Source: Octopus bimaculoides
Lineage: Eukaryota
NCBI RefSeq assembly: GCF_001194135.2
Contig: NC_068992.1
Location: 1,698,333-1,762,332 of the forward strand
Direction of reading: 5' to 3'
Length of the DNA stretch: 64,000 bases
Position numbers and translations under genes: made by a program. The notes beneath the pieces are model-generated. The model was not told where the DNA came from. It did no database searches and worked only from the letters and a program-made list of their open reading frames with translations. The first letter of the stretch is position 1; the number at the start of each line of letters is the position of its first letter. Positions 1-13,519 of the stretch are shown here, piece after piece.

Positions 1-15
1 TGTGTGTGTGTGTGT

Positions 16-61
<46 letters not shown>

Positions 62-448
62 ATTGCCCGATCGAGGAAAATATCGAGAGTAATATCTCGT
101 ATAGTGAAAAGGTGGGGAAACACCGAGCTCGTTCAGTGTCACTCGCTCCCGGGCGATCTACTCGCGCAAATCAGTCAATGTGCTGGTTGAATCATACATA
201 AAACTACAAGCGTTATTCAGTTCGTTCGCTATTGCCTATCTTAGATAAATCTTGTCGACAAGAGTCAATGAACTTGAAACATCGCTGTCTAAGATTCCCG
301 ACAGAGGGCAACATTAAACGAAATGGGTTTTTTCACACCGTTTTACCTTAAGAGAGATTTTTTCTCCACGGTAACTGCAGTGTATTTGACTTTAACAGGT
401 GAAATATGTAACAAACATATTTCAACTAACCTAAATTGCAATACATAC

Positions 449-528
<80 letters not shown>

Positions 529-1494
529 ACAGACTTCGTATCATTATACTAAATTGTTTTTAAAATATATGCAGAGATTTTCCTGTAATTATAATTCCAA
601 TGTATATAGATTGTATATATTTATGTAGGCTCACACCTGTGTTACTATATAACATAATGTCCTAATAATTATTTTCCATATATCAACATTTATACGTGGT
701 GTCTACTGTTCTGTAATAAATTTCTACAAAAGGACGGGCAAAGTGTAACCGATGCGTACAAATGATTTCATGTATTTCAGTAATTCACTTCCTCATAGCT
801 ATTTATTCAGCAGAGGAAAGTTATTACAACCTTTAGATAATTTTTGCGTGAAACGCTTTTGTTATAGCACATTACAATTCCCCTTCTCGGTGCGTCAACA
901 ATTTAAACAAAATCGCAGTATATTAGCGGGCGTTAAAAACCTACTATCTACATATATCGCTATTCATCTCACATAATTTAATTATTACTAGCTGTTTTCA
1001 CTAGCCTAAAGTGCATCGTCTCTTCTTGATATTGATTAGCTATTGTCGTAACGAACTTGGAGTAGTGTGAGCGGCTAATCGTGTGCTGTTAATGGTTGTA
1101 AATTGTATCCGTGGCCAAAGACATACTTTTGAACAACCCACCTTCATTGCTAAAAGCGAAAAACTATTGTCGGAGCAAAACCTTATTTTCGACTTTATAA
1201 ATATACTTTGATACATCTAACAAGATTTCCATTTCAGAGTCTCTATTTGTATAACAAATTACCTACATTTGCACATACACACTTATATGCGTCACATTGT
1301 GGAGGACGTTTCCATGGTTTTGGTTTTGTTAATGTATATGTAGTTTCTGATGTCTGCGTTGGATTCATTGTTACAGAATCAGTACTAAAGATACAGAGAG
1401 TGTCCTCATCTCATATATTACACAACAACAAATTCTTTCGAAATCTCAAACCCTAGGAGCAGTAAGTGACGAGCAAGGCGAGCGGTTTCATCAG

Positions 1495-1890
1495 GATCTC
1501 AATACCATAGGAAACCAGACATAGTGTTAATTGAGAAAGAAAGTAAACGCTGCTGGCTCATACATATAGCATGTCCAGCTGACAACAAGGTATGCGGTAA
1601 GGAAGAAAGAAAAGTCGATAATTATAACAGGTTAACTAGGTCGGTTAAGCAGTTGTGGCCGTTGAAAAAAGGTGGTAGTAATAGCAATAAATGTCGGAGC
1701 CCTGGGAACACTGAGTAAAAATCTTGAGAAGTGCATGGAAACAAATAGGGGCTGCAATAAGGACGGAACACTTGCAGGAAACAACAGTGCTTGGAACTGC
1801 TCGAATACTTCGGCTTGTGGTCGAAAAGTAAGGGGTGTTACGTTAGTTCACTGGTAGTAAATCAGCATTAGCTGTGCAAAAACAATAAAA
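1495..1890 (+). mobile_element. 3' end of an R4/Dong-type non-LTR retrotransposon (restriction-like endonuclease region, frameshifted) with a (TAA)n/(CAA)n tail
   Basis: Joining two frames gives HRKPDIVLIEKESKRCWLIHIACPADNKVCGKEERKVDNY...LWPLKK/VVIAINVGALGTLSKNLEKCM...EHLQETTVLGTARILRLVVEK*. This matches the RPD..D..K.Y and LG.ARILR C-terminal motifs of RLE-bearing R4/Dong LINEs. The stop is at 1829-1831, followed by a short 3' UTR, AATAAA and (TAA)n. Confidence 0.85.
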
Positions 1891-1903
1891 TAATAATAAT
1901 GAT

Positions 1904-1948
<45 letters not shown>

Positions 1949-2031
1949 AATAATGATAATAATAATAATAATATCAATATATTAGACACAAAGCAGGGTT
2001 CTTGAATAATATAATAATAATAATAATAATG

Positions 2032-2085
<54 letters not shown>

Positions 2086-2103
2086 GTCAAAATAATAATA
2101 ATG
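1890..2103 (+). repeat. Compound (TAA)n/(CAA)n microsatellite interrupted by a ~35 bp unique insert
   Basis: Read directly from the sequence; the insert lies at about 1971-2005. Confidence 0.95.
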
Positions 2104-2383
2104 ATGATAAAGATAGAGATATAAGAATAGGAAATTAAATTCCATGGTAAAATGAGGTTATTATTAAGCAAGTAAACGAATTTAATAGGGATCTTTAAAA
2201 AAAATGTTGCAAGACGCAATAAATGTGGAACGGATATTTAATAAAGTGTCATTAGAAAAGCGCATCACTTTCACTTCTGCATTAAATAAATTGAACGCAT
2301 TTCTATCACCAGTATGAATGCATGCTTATTTTACAGCATCTAATTTAGTACTGAAAGGGATCCCGTGGGCAATATATGCATAC

Positions 2384-2415
<32 letters not shown>

Positions 2416-2746
2416 GTGTGTGTACATATATATAGGTGCGTGTGTGTGTATGCATATGTGTTTCTGTATTCGTATGCATACCTACAATATAGAGTGATAG
2501 ATTGATTTTGCTTGAGATATGTGTATATATTAATATAAAAATCATGTAATATTTTAGTTACTTATTCAGAGGAATAACATGCATTATCATTGACAGCATT
2601 GGAATAGGATAATGATATACCAAATGTAACATTTTTGGCTTTTTACAATACTGCTCTTTCTGATAATGATCCTGTTAACTGGTGTTGCTGGATTTTGAAT
2701 TTTAATCCTCGAGACTAGTAACAAATTGCAACATTCCGTTATCCTT

Positions 2747-2892
2747 AAGGAGGCGAACTGGCAGAATAATTAACACGCTGGGCGAAATGCTTAGCGGCAT
2801 TTTGTCTGTTTTTACGTTCTGAGTTCGAATTCCGCCCAGGTCGACTTTGCCTTTCATCCTTTCGGGTTTCGATATATTAAGTACCAGTTGCC
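2747..2892 (+). mobile_element. tRNA-derived SINE, family 1 (3'-truncated)
   Basis: Head GGCGAACTGGCAGAAT...GAGTTCGAATTCC (A and B boxes), then the core GTCGACTTTGCCTTTCATCCTTTCGGG...AAGTACCAGTT, which recurs at 8457, 20841 and 38071. Confidence 0.85.
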
Positions 2893-3218
2893 AACGCTCT
2901 TAAACAGAAAGGAATAAGGGAAAATAAACAGAGAGAGAATGAAAAACAGAAAAACAGAAAAACAGAAAAACTTGTAGATATCAGCGTTCCAGCCTACCGA
3001 TCATTGGAAATAAAATGGTTGAAAGAAAGGGAGATAAATACATCGTTATGACCCTTTATAGTATTTTTATTTGTATTATTATGCGTTTATTTTAATGGAT
3101 GCATATATCTATTTGCTATCCTTAATTTATTGTGTACCTTGTTCTTAATTCTTTGTCTTCTCTTTTCTCACTCTTTAACTTCTTTGTACCTTTTCACTAT
3201 CATCTCTTTTCGTCAATA

Positions 3219-3220
<2 letters not shown>

Positions 3221-3301
<81 letters not shown>

Positions 3302-3525
3302 TGTCTCCCTCTGTCTCCCTCTTTCATTCTGTTGAGTACACCTAATTTTTAACAAAACCGCAGTTTATGTCTTGTTTTCCATTGTCTTTTTCCTATTCTT
3401 TCTTTCTTCTCTCCCTCTCTGTATCTATCTATTTATCTATCTATCTATCTACCTACCTATCTATTTATCTATCTATTTACCTATCTATCTATCTATCTGT
3501 CTGTCTGTATGTCTGTATGTCTGTT
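3221..3525. repeat. (CT)n tract followed by (TATC)n/(TGTC)n tetranucleotide tracts
   Basis: Read directly from the sequence. Confidence 0.95.
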
Positions 3526-4159
3526 ATTTCTATGTTCTTCCTACTATGTCGTTGTTTCTTTTGCTCAATATTTTCCTTGCAACATAAGTATTCTAAGGGT
3601 TGCCATCTGTCCAACTTCAGACATTTGATGTGTGTTAACTTAATGCAATTATGTGTTCCCCAGATGAACCGCTGTGATTCAGCATCCAAATGCACTTGGA
3701 ATACCCACTATAGAGGATGCAGATACCGTCAATGGAAAATGGCATGTAGGAAAGCAATGATGCAAAGTGCTTCTTCTGTTTATCATATTTCTTCCTATAT
3801 GTATGTGAACGCGTCTGTCTGCGTGTGGCACGTGAGAGCACGCGTCTATATGTGTGAGTGTGTGTTTGTGTGTGTGTGTGCGTGTGTGTGTTGTGTGCGC
3901 GCATGTGTGTGGTGTGTGTGTATGTGATGTATGGTGTGTGTGTGTGTGTGTGTGTTTGTGTGAATACGCGTTTGAAAGTCTATATTTTTCTACATATAGC
4001 TACATCCGGTTACCTAACTAAATATGCATAGACTTATATGTACGTGCTTATTTATGCACACATGCATGCTTGCAAATCACCGCTTAGCGACGATTGCAAA
4101 ATTTTTAAGTAACAAGTTGTTAGTTGCGACCGCTGTACTTGAAAGATGAAGGTGTTGTC

Positions 4160-4432
4160 TCTTTCCTGTCTTGTAGCGACATTCACTCGGGAGGGGTTAA
4201 GCCAGATCCTACTCCGTTACTCGAGTCAAAGCCGTCCATGCACGTCTGTCGGCGGCCGATTCTGCCGCGTGTTGAAGCCACTCGTGGTTCCAGGGACGAA
4301 CGCCAAAGTCACGTGGGCTGGAAATGAGCTTCATATCTGCTTTGACTGTTTTGAGCCACGTCTTCAACTGACTACCTCTCCGCTTACGCCAGCCCAACGT
4401 AGGACCTGATGCCGATGTCTTCCAGAAGTCAA
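4160..4432 (-). mobile_element. 3' end of an RTE-clade LINE
   Basis: The minus strand reads GWRKRRGSQLKTWLKTVKADM...WNHEWLQHAAESAADRRAWTA, the typical RTE ORF C-terminus (W.R.RG...TW ... DR..W). It is followed by a short 3' tail CCCGAGTGAATGTCGCTACAAG. Confidence 0.8.
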
Positions 4433-4722
4433 GGTGGAGGCATATGTCTTAGTGGTTAAGGTATTTGGCTCAACACCGTAAGGTGAAATCGATACCCGGC
4501 GGTGATTTTTGTCCCTGGACAAATGATTATTCCAAATTGTCCCTGGTGTTGCTTGTAGCTCCATTCTTGTCACATTCTGTGTCACGCTGAATCTCCCCGC
4601 AAGCTACGATTAACGTAAGCGTGTTTGCTGAATGTTCAGCCACTTGCTGACTAATTTCACAAGCAGGCTGTTTTGTTGATCGGATCAACTGGAACCCTAG
4701 GTATCATAAACGACGGAGTAAC
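4433..4722 (+). mobile_element. tRNA-derived SINE, family 4
   Basis: Head GGAGGCATATGTCTTAGTGGTTAAGG...GAAATCGATACCCGG (A and B box-like), followed by a unique body ending GATCGGATCAACTGGAACCC...GACGGAGT. Confidence 0.7.
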
Positions 4723-5486
4723 ATTTTTTAAACATTTCATCTCAAAATGTGACATAAACTCTATCCTTTGACCTTTATCTTGTTTTTTCGATTCTCCATT
4801 GCAAGTAATTCCTTACTGTTAATTACATCACCTCCCTCAGTTTTGTCAGTACTAACCATAACATTTTCTTAATATTAACTGATGATCACATTTATTCAAC
4901 AATACACAACATTAAACCGTCAATCGAAATAACTGTTTTTTCTATTTTTTTAAAATCATTGTAAATTATAATCTTTTATTTAACATTCATAACAATATAG
5001 TCATTTGTTTTTATGTGCATTTAAATATTTTCTGGTGTATCATTAAATAATTCTGGAACATGACTAACCAAAATATTATTTGAGTGCTTTGAAGTGTATT
5101 AAATAGATAAATTTTACCAATTCGTTTTGTTTTATTTTGTCTTTTGTTTTTGGTTTTTCAGTTATTCTCCTAGCAAAAAATAAAAGGAAAAAAAAACTAT
5201 GTATTTATTGAACATACTTAGTGCCCCAGGCCTGATGGTTTTATTTTATTCCAAAATGTTATTAGTTTCTCTTTCTTCCTAATATATGTAATACTGTAAC
5301 TTATCTTTTAATCTGAAAAGTAATATAAATTTGTATTACTCTTATGATTTCCACTACTCAATTTAAGTTAATTTAAATATTTTTATAACTTTAAATCTGG
5401 TTAGACATCAATTTAATATATAGTTGAAACTTTCAGTATTGCAATAGTTAATACTGATACACACAGATACACACACACACATACAC

Positions 5487-5577
<91 letters not shown>

Positions 5578-5720
5578 CATATGTATATATATAAAATTAA
5601 GAGCGCTAATTGGTTGAACTGTATAAAGTGGATAACTACAACATTTATACCTTCATTATATTCATATATATATAGATATAAAAATATACATATAACTACA
5701 AACAAATACACACACGCATA

Positions 5721-6004
5721 NNNNNNNNNNNNNNNNNNNNNNNNNNNNNNNNNNNNNNNNNNNNNNNNNNNNNNNNNNNNNNNNNNNNNNNNNNNNNNNN
5801 NNNNNNNNNNNNNNNNNNNNNNNNNNNNNNNNNNNNNNNNNNNNNNNNNNNNNNNNNNNNNNNNNNNNNNNNNNNNNNNNNNNNNNNNNNNNNNNNNNNN
5901 NNNNNNNNNNNNNNNNNNNNNNNNNNNNNNNNNNNNNNNNNNNNNNNNNNNNNNNNNNNNNNNNNNNNNNNNNNNNNNNNNNNNNNNNNNNNNNNNNNNN
6001 NNNN
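5721..6004. other. Assembly gap (N run) flanked by microsatellites
   Basis: N run. Other gaps are at 12960-13377, 16257-16314, 18069-18265, 21330-21697 and 38651-38685; each abuts (TA)n, (CA)n/(TG)n or similar simple repeats. Confidence 1.
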
Positions 6005-6064
<60 letters not shown>

Positions 6065-6080
6065 GTAGATAGATAGATAA

Positions 6081-6362
6081 GCGGTAAAGACACCCTTCAG
6101 TCATGAGTCACCAAGGGACTGGTCCAAGGCACAAGTTTGGAGAAGGTTGTTATGGAAGACCAGCAGTCGCACATGCATACCAACCTCCACATTACTGTGT
6201 TATCCAAGGCAAATTCTGATACAGCTTGGCACCAGTGACGTCGCAACTCCTTTGTACAGCTGAAAGAACTGGAACGGCAAGGAATAAAGGAATAACGAAC
6301 ACAGTACACACCGGTCTGGGAATCGAATTCAATCCTTTATGAATGTGAATCCGATGCTCAAG
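6081..6362 (-). mobile_element. tRNA-derived SINE, family 3 (diverged copy)
   Basis: Shares blocks with 23843-24141 (GGCACAAGT, GGCAC.AGTGAC.TCGCA, GGGAATCGAA). The minus-strand B box-like GAATTCGATTCCC lies near 6320-6332. Confidence 0.75.
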
Positions 6363-6500
6363 ATTCATAATAATTCTATTTACATGTAAATAGAGCCTTA
6401 AATATTAGGCTTCATGCCGGAGTCATATGGGCAGCGCTGTGAGAATAATTTTGATCTGGTGGAGTCTGTCTTTTCCCACACCTGAGAACAATCGATTGCT

Positions 6501-6579
<79 letters not shown>

Positions 6580-7353
6580 GGAGAGGGAGAGAAAGATAGA
6601 TTGGTAGATAGGGAGACAAATATTAAGAGATAGAATAAACAGGGAAACAATCCCAACGCTTTATCAGTAATTCATTTAAGTCATCAGAAATGATGTAAGC
6701 AAAAGTTGGATTCGTAATCAAGAGAACGGAGAGAATCGAGTCGATTTCTATTAAGTAGTCTATCTAATAATTCTATCAATTGCAGAGTGTTTTCAGAAGG
6801 TGAAAATACGAAAATTTGACATATTATTTTCATTTTTAAACAATCAATTTATGAAATTATATTTCATTTTATTTGATTTCATTTCCTATAAACGTTACTC
6901 GTGGTTTTCTTTCTTATGATAAGGTAATTGGATTAATGTGATATTTCAAATGAAAACATCGCAGGAAACTGAGTAGTGACAAATGAAAACTTCTGCTTTA
7001 TATAAAACATAGCAAACATAAGACCGTATGTCAGTAATATCAGTGATAATTCTTGTCATTTTGGAGTGATATTCTACCCATTTCTCTTTCTGTCCCTTAA
7101 CCGACCCTTTCTTTCCCTCTTTCTCTCTTTCTCTCTCTCTATCCCCCCCCCCATCTCTGTTTATATCTCTCTTTCACATATGTAGGAAAACATGCTTGCA
7201 CAACAAACATGTACAGCGATTTCATCCCACAGGCATTCATATGAGCAAACAGAAGTTCCCAGCCGCATATATGTTCATAGATTCACGTCTACGGATCAAA
7301 CAATGGGCCAACCTAATCTATATGTGCCCCTCTCCCTCTCCTACCCCCTTCCC

Positions 7354-7389
<36 letters not shown>

Positions 7390-7399
7390 TTCCTAAGTT

Positions 7400-7760
7400 T
7401 ATATCTTTTATCTGCAACTACAGTCATCAGACTACGGCCATTGTGGAGTAACTCCTTGAAGAATTCTTAGTCGAATGCATCGACCCCACTGCTTATTCTT
7501 TAAAGCCCGACACTTTCATCGGTATTTGGACGAATGGCAAAGCTACGGGGACGTAAACACACCAGCACCAGTTGTCAAGCGGTGATGGTGGGATAAACAC
7601 AGAAACGAAGATACGCGCGCACACACATATACATTCTTATATACGTCGGACTTCTTTCAGTTTCCGTCAGCCAAATCCACTCACAAGATTATTGTCGGCC
7701 CGAGGCTATAAAGTAGAAGACACTAGGCCAAAGTGACACGCAGTGTGGTTGGGAAACATA
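7400..7760 (-). mobile_element. tRNA-derived SINE, family 2 (diverged copy)
   Basis: Colinear with 10060-10441 (TCGACCCC..ACTTATTCTT, TACGGGGACGTAAA, GTTGTCAAGCG, CTTCTTTCAGTT.CCGTC..CCAA.TCCACTCACAAG, GTAGAAGACACT). Confidence 0.85.
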
Positions 7761-7811
7761 CATCCACGCATACACCTGTTTTCGTCTTTTGTTTTTTTGT
7801 AAATTCCATAT

Positions 7812-7868
<57 letters not shown>

Positions 7869-7959
7869 TATGTATATATATATATATATTGTTTAAAGGA
7901 TCGTGGGTAAGGCAAATCCCATGAAAACAAAAATATGATTAATGTAAACTTACCTTCCA

Positions 7960-8260
7960 TTTAATATTTCGGGGTTATGTCTTCATTTTCAAGAAACTGA
8001 CGAATGTTGCCGATGTACGTGTATGTGTGAGCGTGTGTGGAGTGGGCATGCGCGGAAAGCTGTTCCTATATCAACCGGCTAGCTTCCTGCAACTCTCTTC
8101 TGTTGTTGATATTTGGTTTTCTTTGGTGTATGAGGATGGCCTCAGAGATTCTAAGGTTTCCTCTGTTCCGCTGTATTGTCCTGATGTGCAATATGAATTC
8201 CCGGGTTTGCCATTTTCGTAGATGTTTCTTCACGCAAATGAAGAATAACAAAATAGAGAT
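7960..8260 (-). mobile_element. Probable Penelope-like element 3' remnant (GIY-YIG endonuclease C-terminus)
   Basis: The minus ORF contains LRISEAILIHQRKPNINNRRE, resembling the L.I.EA..I....P.IN end of PLE GIY-YIG domains. A decayed TGAAAATGAAGAC...CCCGAAA motif follows downstream. Confidence 0.5.
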
Positions 8261-8456
8261 ATTTAAGTTAATTAGAGTCTATTATCAGCAAACAATAAAC
8301 CCTTGTTAACTTATATATTCCATTGTTTTATTCTTCATTTGCACGATTATAAACCATGTTTTATATATAAAACTATTATTTTATTTTATGGGTGTTAACT
8401 TCCCTCCAAACTATTGGCTAGTGAACCAGTATTTGCTTGGATAATGCCATCCCTTA

Positions 8457-8660
8457 ATGGCGCCTACTTTAGCAAAACGGGTAAAATTGTTTGCGGCACT
8501 TCGTCAGTCTTAGCATTCTGAGTTGAAATTCCGTTGAGGTCGACTTTGCCCTTCATTCTATCGGGACCGATAAAAAATATGTACCAGTTTAACAGTGGAG
8601 TCGATGTAATTGGTTTATCCCCAGCTGGAATTTGTTGTCCTGGTGCCAAAATTTGAAGCC
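8457..8660 (+). mobile_element. tRNA-derived SINE, family 1 (diverged copy)
   Basis: TTCTGAGTTGAAATTCCG..GAGGTCGACTTTGCC.TTCAT...GTACCAGTT core, as in 2747-2892. Confidence 0.8.
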
Positions 8661-10059
8661 AGTATACGCGTGTGTGTATATTAATTTCTATTCTCGTAGT
8701 TTCTTCTACCAAACCTATCTAGACACGTGTTTGTGCGCATTCGCCTATGTACATGTCTGTGTGTGTGCGTGTTGTGTGTGTGTGTGTGTATGTGTACGTG
8801 TGTGCGTGTATGTGTGCGCACGCGCGTGTATGTATGCGCACGCGCGTGTGAGTATCATTGTGAGCTCGTATAGAACATTGTACTTCAACAAAAAGTCTTG
8901 TCTTTAATGTATTACTGTGATTCGATGAGATACTACGTGAATATCGATGCTAATTAGTACTATTCATATTAAGTATGCTGTTTAATGGTATATTATGACC
9001 AACAGCTAGCTTTTCAACCAAATTTTGATGTATGGGAGATTGCTTTTGTAGCTTTCATTTATTGGAAATGGAAGATATTTGTATACCCAGACACACATCG
9101 TCTACATAAAGAATTTATCATTTTGTGAAATCAATCTTTCTGCCCCCACCTGCTCTGGTTTTGTATCATATTTCTGAAGTATATCTGAAATTAAAGCAGT
9201 CAGTATGAACACAACTGCATACAGAGAATAAAAGATTGATGAATCGAATAATAGCAAGTAATGAGCAGAGATGATTTTAAACACAGCAGAGTATTGTTTG
9301 TTGGATTAACTTTGAACTGTTTATATTACTATATTTGAAACCCCTGGAACAGTGAGTTATTAGTCTGATCGCAGCGCATTTGAATTCATGAGCATGAAGC
9401 AACCAATAAATATTCTAAATGTTATATTTCTTCAACAAATTGTTTTAATATGTTGTTGGGACTGGAATAGATGTTAATAACTTCAGTTATTTCTCTTAAT
9501 CTTCTAAAAAGGTACAGTGTTCGAACTAAATTTGATAGTTTGCGTAACAGGAAAAGGAAACATTGTCCCATCCAAAAATAACGGTATCCAAAACTCCCAA
9601 AATATCAAATATGCTAAAGTTTGGAGATAGCAGTTTACTCAGAGTGGCCGCTCTCAGCGTGCACCATGGCTTCGAAACGGCCCCAGAACGTGGTGCATGC
9701 CATTCCTCTCTTTGTCGTTTGGAAGATATTACGCGAGCGTCTGTTTGGGTGTGTGTGTCTTAAAGATAAGCTCCTCACAGTTCCCGTCAGCCAAATTCAG
9801 TTATAAGGCCTCACTCGGTCCGTGACGCTTCTCCAAGGGGCTGCGCACTAGGACTCAATTTAATCGAAAATCATATGATTGTCAAGTCAGCGTTTTAAAC
9901 ATACAGACCTTCGTGCGCTTATGTTCAGTCTGAACCTGGGACATTTTAACGATTTATCATTCCTTTATAGGAAATTATGTTTTTGCTACGAACTACGACC
10001 CCCTCATCGATTCACAACTCATATAATCATTCCTTTTTGAACCAAACATTCAGTCATTT

Positions 10060-10441
10060 CTTTTACTCTTTTACTTGTTTCACTCATTTGACTGTGGTCA
10101 TGCTGGAGCACCGCCTTTAGTCGAGCAAATCGACCCCAGGACTTATTCTTTGTAAGCCTAGTATTTATTCTATCGGTCCTTTTGCCGAACCGCTAAGTTA
10201 CGGGGACGTAAAAACACGAGCATCGGTTGTCAAGCGATGTTGGGTAGACAAACACAGACACACAAGCATATATATACACACATATATACATATACACGAC
10301 GGGCTTCTTTCAGTTACCGTCTACCAAGTCCACTCACAAGGCTATAGTAGAAGACACTTGCCGAGGGTGCCACGCAGTGGGACTGAACTCGGAACCATGT
10401 GGTTCGTAAGCAAGCTACTTACCACACAGCCACTCCTACGA
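10060..10441 (-). mobile_element. tRNA-derived SINE, family 2 (near full length, well conserved)
   Basis: Minus-strand head GGAGTGGCTGTGTGGTAAGTAGC...GGTTCCGAGTTCAGTCCC (A and B boxes), an internal (TA/TG) microsatellite, and a tail AAACAAGTAAAAGAGTAAAAG. Other copies lie at 7400, 38471, 56805 and 62145. Confidence 0.9.
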
Positions 10442-12074
10442 CTAAAATTTCTAACGCTTTTCTTGAAACTATTGCATTTCTTTTCATAGTTTCTCTGATA
10501 TTTAAACGTTAGTATAAAGGAGCAGTTTATCAGTACGTAAGAAAATGCCCCTCTGGACTTTTGTGTTTACAAATGTGTGTTTACCACATATTTGAAATCT
10601 TATTATAGGTTATTCTTTTTTGGCAAAGTTGCGCTGTCATTGAAATAGGCAGAAAGATATGCAGGAATGACGTCGCTACATTTGATTTTTCAAATCCTCT
10701 CATTATTGCATTTTCAACTCTTTCCAAGTCATTTATTTGTTAGAATGTGTTTCAGATTTGTCCTAGTCTTCATACATATTACAATCAAATCAGTCTCCCA
10801 CCTATTCAAGGCAAATCTCTGTATGTGACATTTGCTTATATTCCAGCCACAACACGGTTTATATCACCGACAGCGTCTTCCTTTAGTTTGTTCTGATCTG
10901 TGAATTCTGTACAGCTTCTCTTTATGAATCTAGAGAAGTCCGTACTGTTCCTTTTAACAATATCTTTACATTTTATATTTCATGTTGTTACATCAATCAT
11001 TGCTTGTATGTGTATATAATATATATATATATATATATCGAGAGAGAGAGAGAGAAACTCACCCTCACCGGCACAAAACCAACACGCATACACAGATTAA
11101 GGATGATGTTGTATGATTTATATAAACGTGTGTGAGAGTGAGTATTGAATATCATATATATTTGCATTTGTGTGTGTGTTCCAAATTGAAAATCAGAGTC
11201 ATATTACCAAGCTTTGGATATAGAAATAATATGTAGTAAAATCTTTTGTTCCACAGAATCACTGTAAGGCGTGTGTGTAACATTTGAGCTGACAACTTAT
11301 GAGTAGGCCGTCTGATACACGCTGCTACACACTGACATTAACATGTTTTTATACAGAGTATAACTTGTGTACACTAGCTGTGAATCGCCATCAGCGAAGA
11401 ATAACAATATTGTAAACTGTTGCAATCAGGACAGACACAGTGCCAAATACCAAATGAGAAAAACGAAATGTGAAAATACACACACATACACACACGTGCA
11501 CACACGCGAACACATACACATGCACATATACACAGACGCACACACACAAACATACATATACACACGCACACACACAAACACAAGCACGCACACACACAAA
11601 CACAAGCACGCACACACAAATACATGCACATAGTATTTGCAGGTATGAAGAATAGTTAATAAATGGCTGTAAAGGAGCTGAATTGAGTATCTTTCCCAGT
11701 GTCAGTGTTACACTTAATACATCTTCTAGCAGCTGGAGCTAAGCATCGATATTTCAGCGACAGTTAGGCACCTTAGATGCGGCAACATTATATTTTGTCT
11801 TCAGAGAAATGATTAGGGTCACGATTTATATTCACCATCTCAGAGCCGAATGAAGAAAAACTTAATATAGCGTTACTTCCGAATGGCGTAACACAAATTA
11901 TACATTAGGTGAAACAGAAATATATGGCAGTGTAGTTCCTATTATCAAAAGTTTGGAGTATATGAAGTTGTACATTCATTAAAAGCAACAGGCATACGTT
12001 TATGAACATGTGCACATACATCGAAATAATTAGAGACATGTTTCTGTGTGTGTGTATGCCTGAGAGTGTGGGAC

Positions 12075-12078
<4 letters not shown>

Positions 12079-12151
<73 letters not shown>
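12079..12151. repeat. (GA)n microsatellite
   Basis: Read directly; representative of many (GA)n/(CT)n tracts, e.g. near 6510, 47530 and 55950. Confidence 0.95.
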
Positions 12152-12154
<3 letters not shown>

Positions 12155-13519
12155 GCGCGAGTGTATAAGTATGTAAGCAATTATGTATACCTGCGTGCTG
12201 TGAGAGCGACAGAGACGGGGAAGAAAAGAAAGTGAGAGAAGAATATACGCACAGAATAATTCGAAAAATTTCCTCTCTTGAAATCCATTAACATTATTAT
12301 ACGGAATATGTAAAAAAGAAAGTACAAAAAATTATTTAAAAAACTGTTTCGATATACATTTTGAATAACTAATTATCGCACACCCACTTATACAGTTCGG
12401 GCAATAATCCAAACAGATGGATATTTTCACGTTGTTAAATAAAATAGGCAAAAAAAAAAGCAAGATGCGAGAAAATAGCATGGAAGCAGAGCTCTAAAGA
12501 TAACAGGTGTCAGACAATTTTAGACATGTATATGTATGCTCGTCTACACAACGCACATATATGTACTACATATGTTTGAAATCACAATCGGGAAGATAGA
12601 TACATTTACGCAAACACAGTCAAGCACACGTACGTTAACATCCACACACACATACGCACGCACACACACACACACACGCACACACACACACACACACACA
12701 CGCACACATACACACATACACATCCATAGATAGAGATACGGCGAGAAACAAATATACACATGTTTTTGCTCGTCTGCATATAAGTCTGCGCATGTGCCAG
12801 ATTTATCTTTTCCCAAGTAATAAGAACTATAACATATTCTGTTATCTTTTATGTCACATGTCAGCAACTACCAATATAAAAGCATACGTGTGTGTGTTTG
12901 TGTGTAAGTATGTGCGTCAATGCATATATTGCGTATATATATATATATATACATATATANNNNNNNNNNNNNNNNNNNNNNNNNNNNNNNNNNNNNNNNN
13001 NNNNNNNNNNNNNNNNNNNNNNNNNNNNNNNNNNNNNNNNNNNNNNNNNNNNNNNNNNNNNNNNNNNNNNNNNNNNNNNNNNNNNNNNNNNNNNNNNNNN
13101 NNNNNNNNNNNNNNNNNNNNNNNNNNNNNNNNNNNNNNNNNNNNNNNNNNNNNNNNNNNNNNNNNNNNNNNNNNNNNNNNNNNNNNNNNNNNNNNNNNNN
13201 NNNNNNNNNNNNNNNNNNNNNNNNNNNNNNNNNNNNNNNNNNNNNNNNNNNNNNNNNNNNNNNNNNNNNNNNNNNNNNNNNNNNNNNNNNNNNNNNNNNN
13301 NNNNNNNNNNNNNNNNNNNNNNNNNNNNNNNNNNNNNNNNNNNNNNNNNNNNNNNNNNNNNNNNNNNNNNNNNNNNNTATATATATATGTATATATAAAT
13401 AGATAGATATAGATAGATAGATACTCTAGCCAATATAAGTTTAAAACTGACGATATGACAGTTCTGTTCCTCCATTAATTTATTTTAAATTAAACTGTAG
13501 AAAATTATTTTCCTTTTTA

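Noticed and set aside
7954-7997. Perfect minus-strand donor AAG|GTAAGT with an upstream AG
   Set aside because: All three frames contain stops and the segment lies in the Penelope-like remnant.
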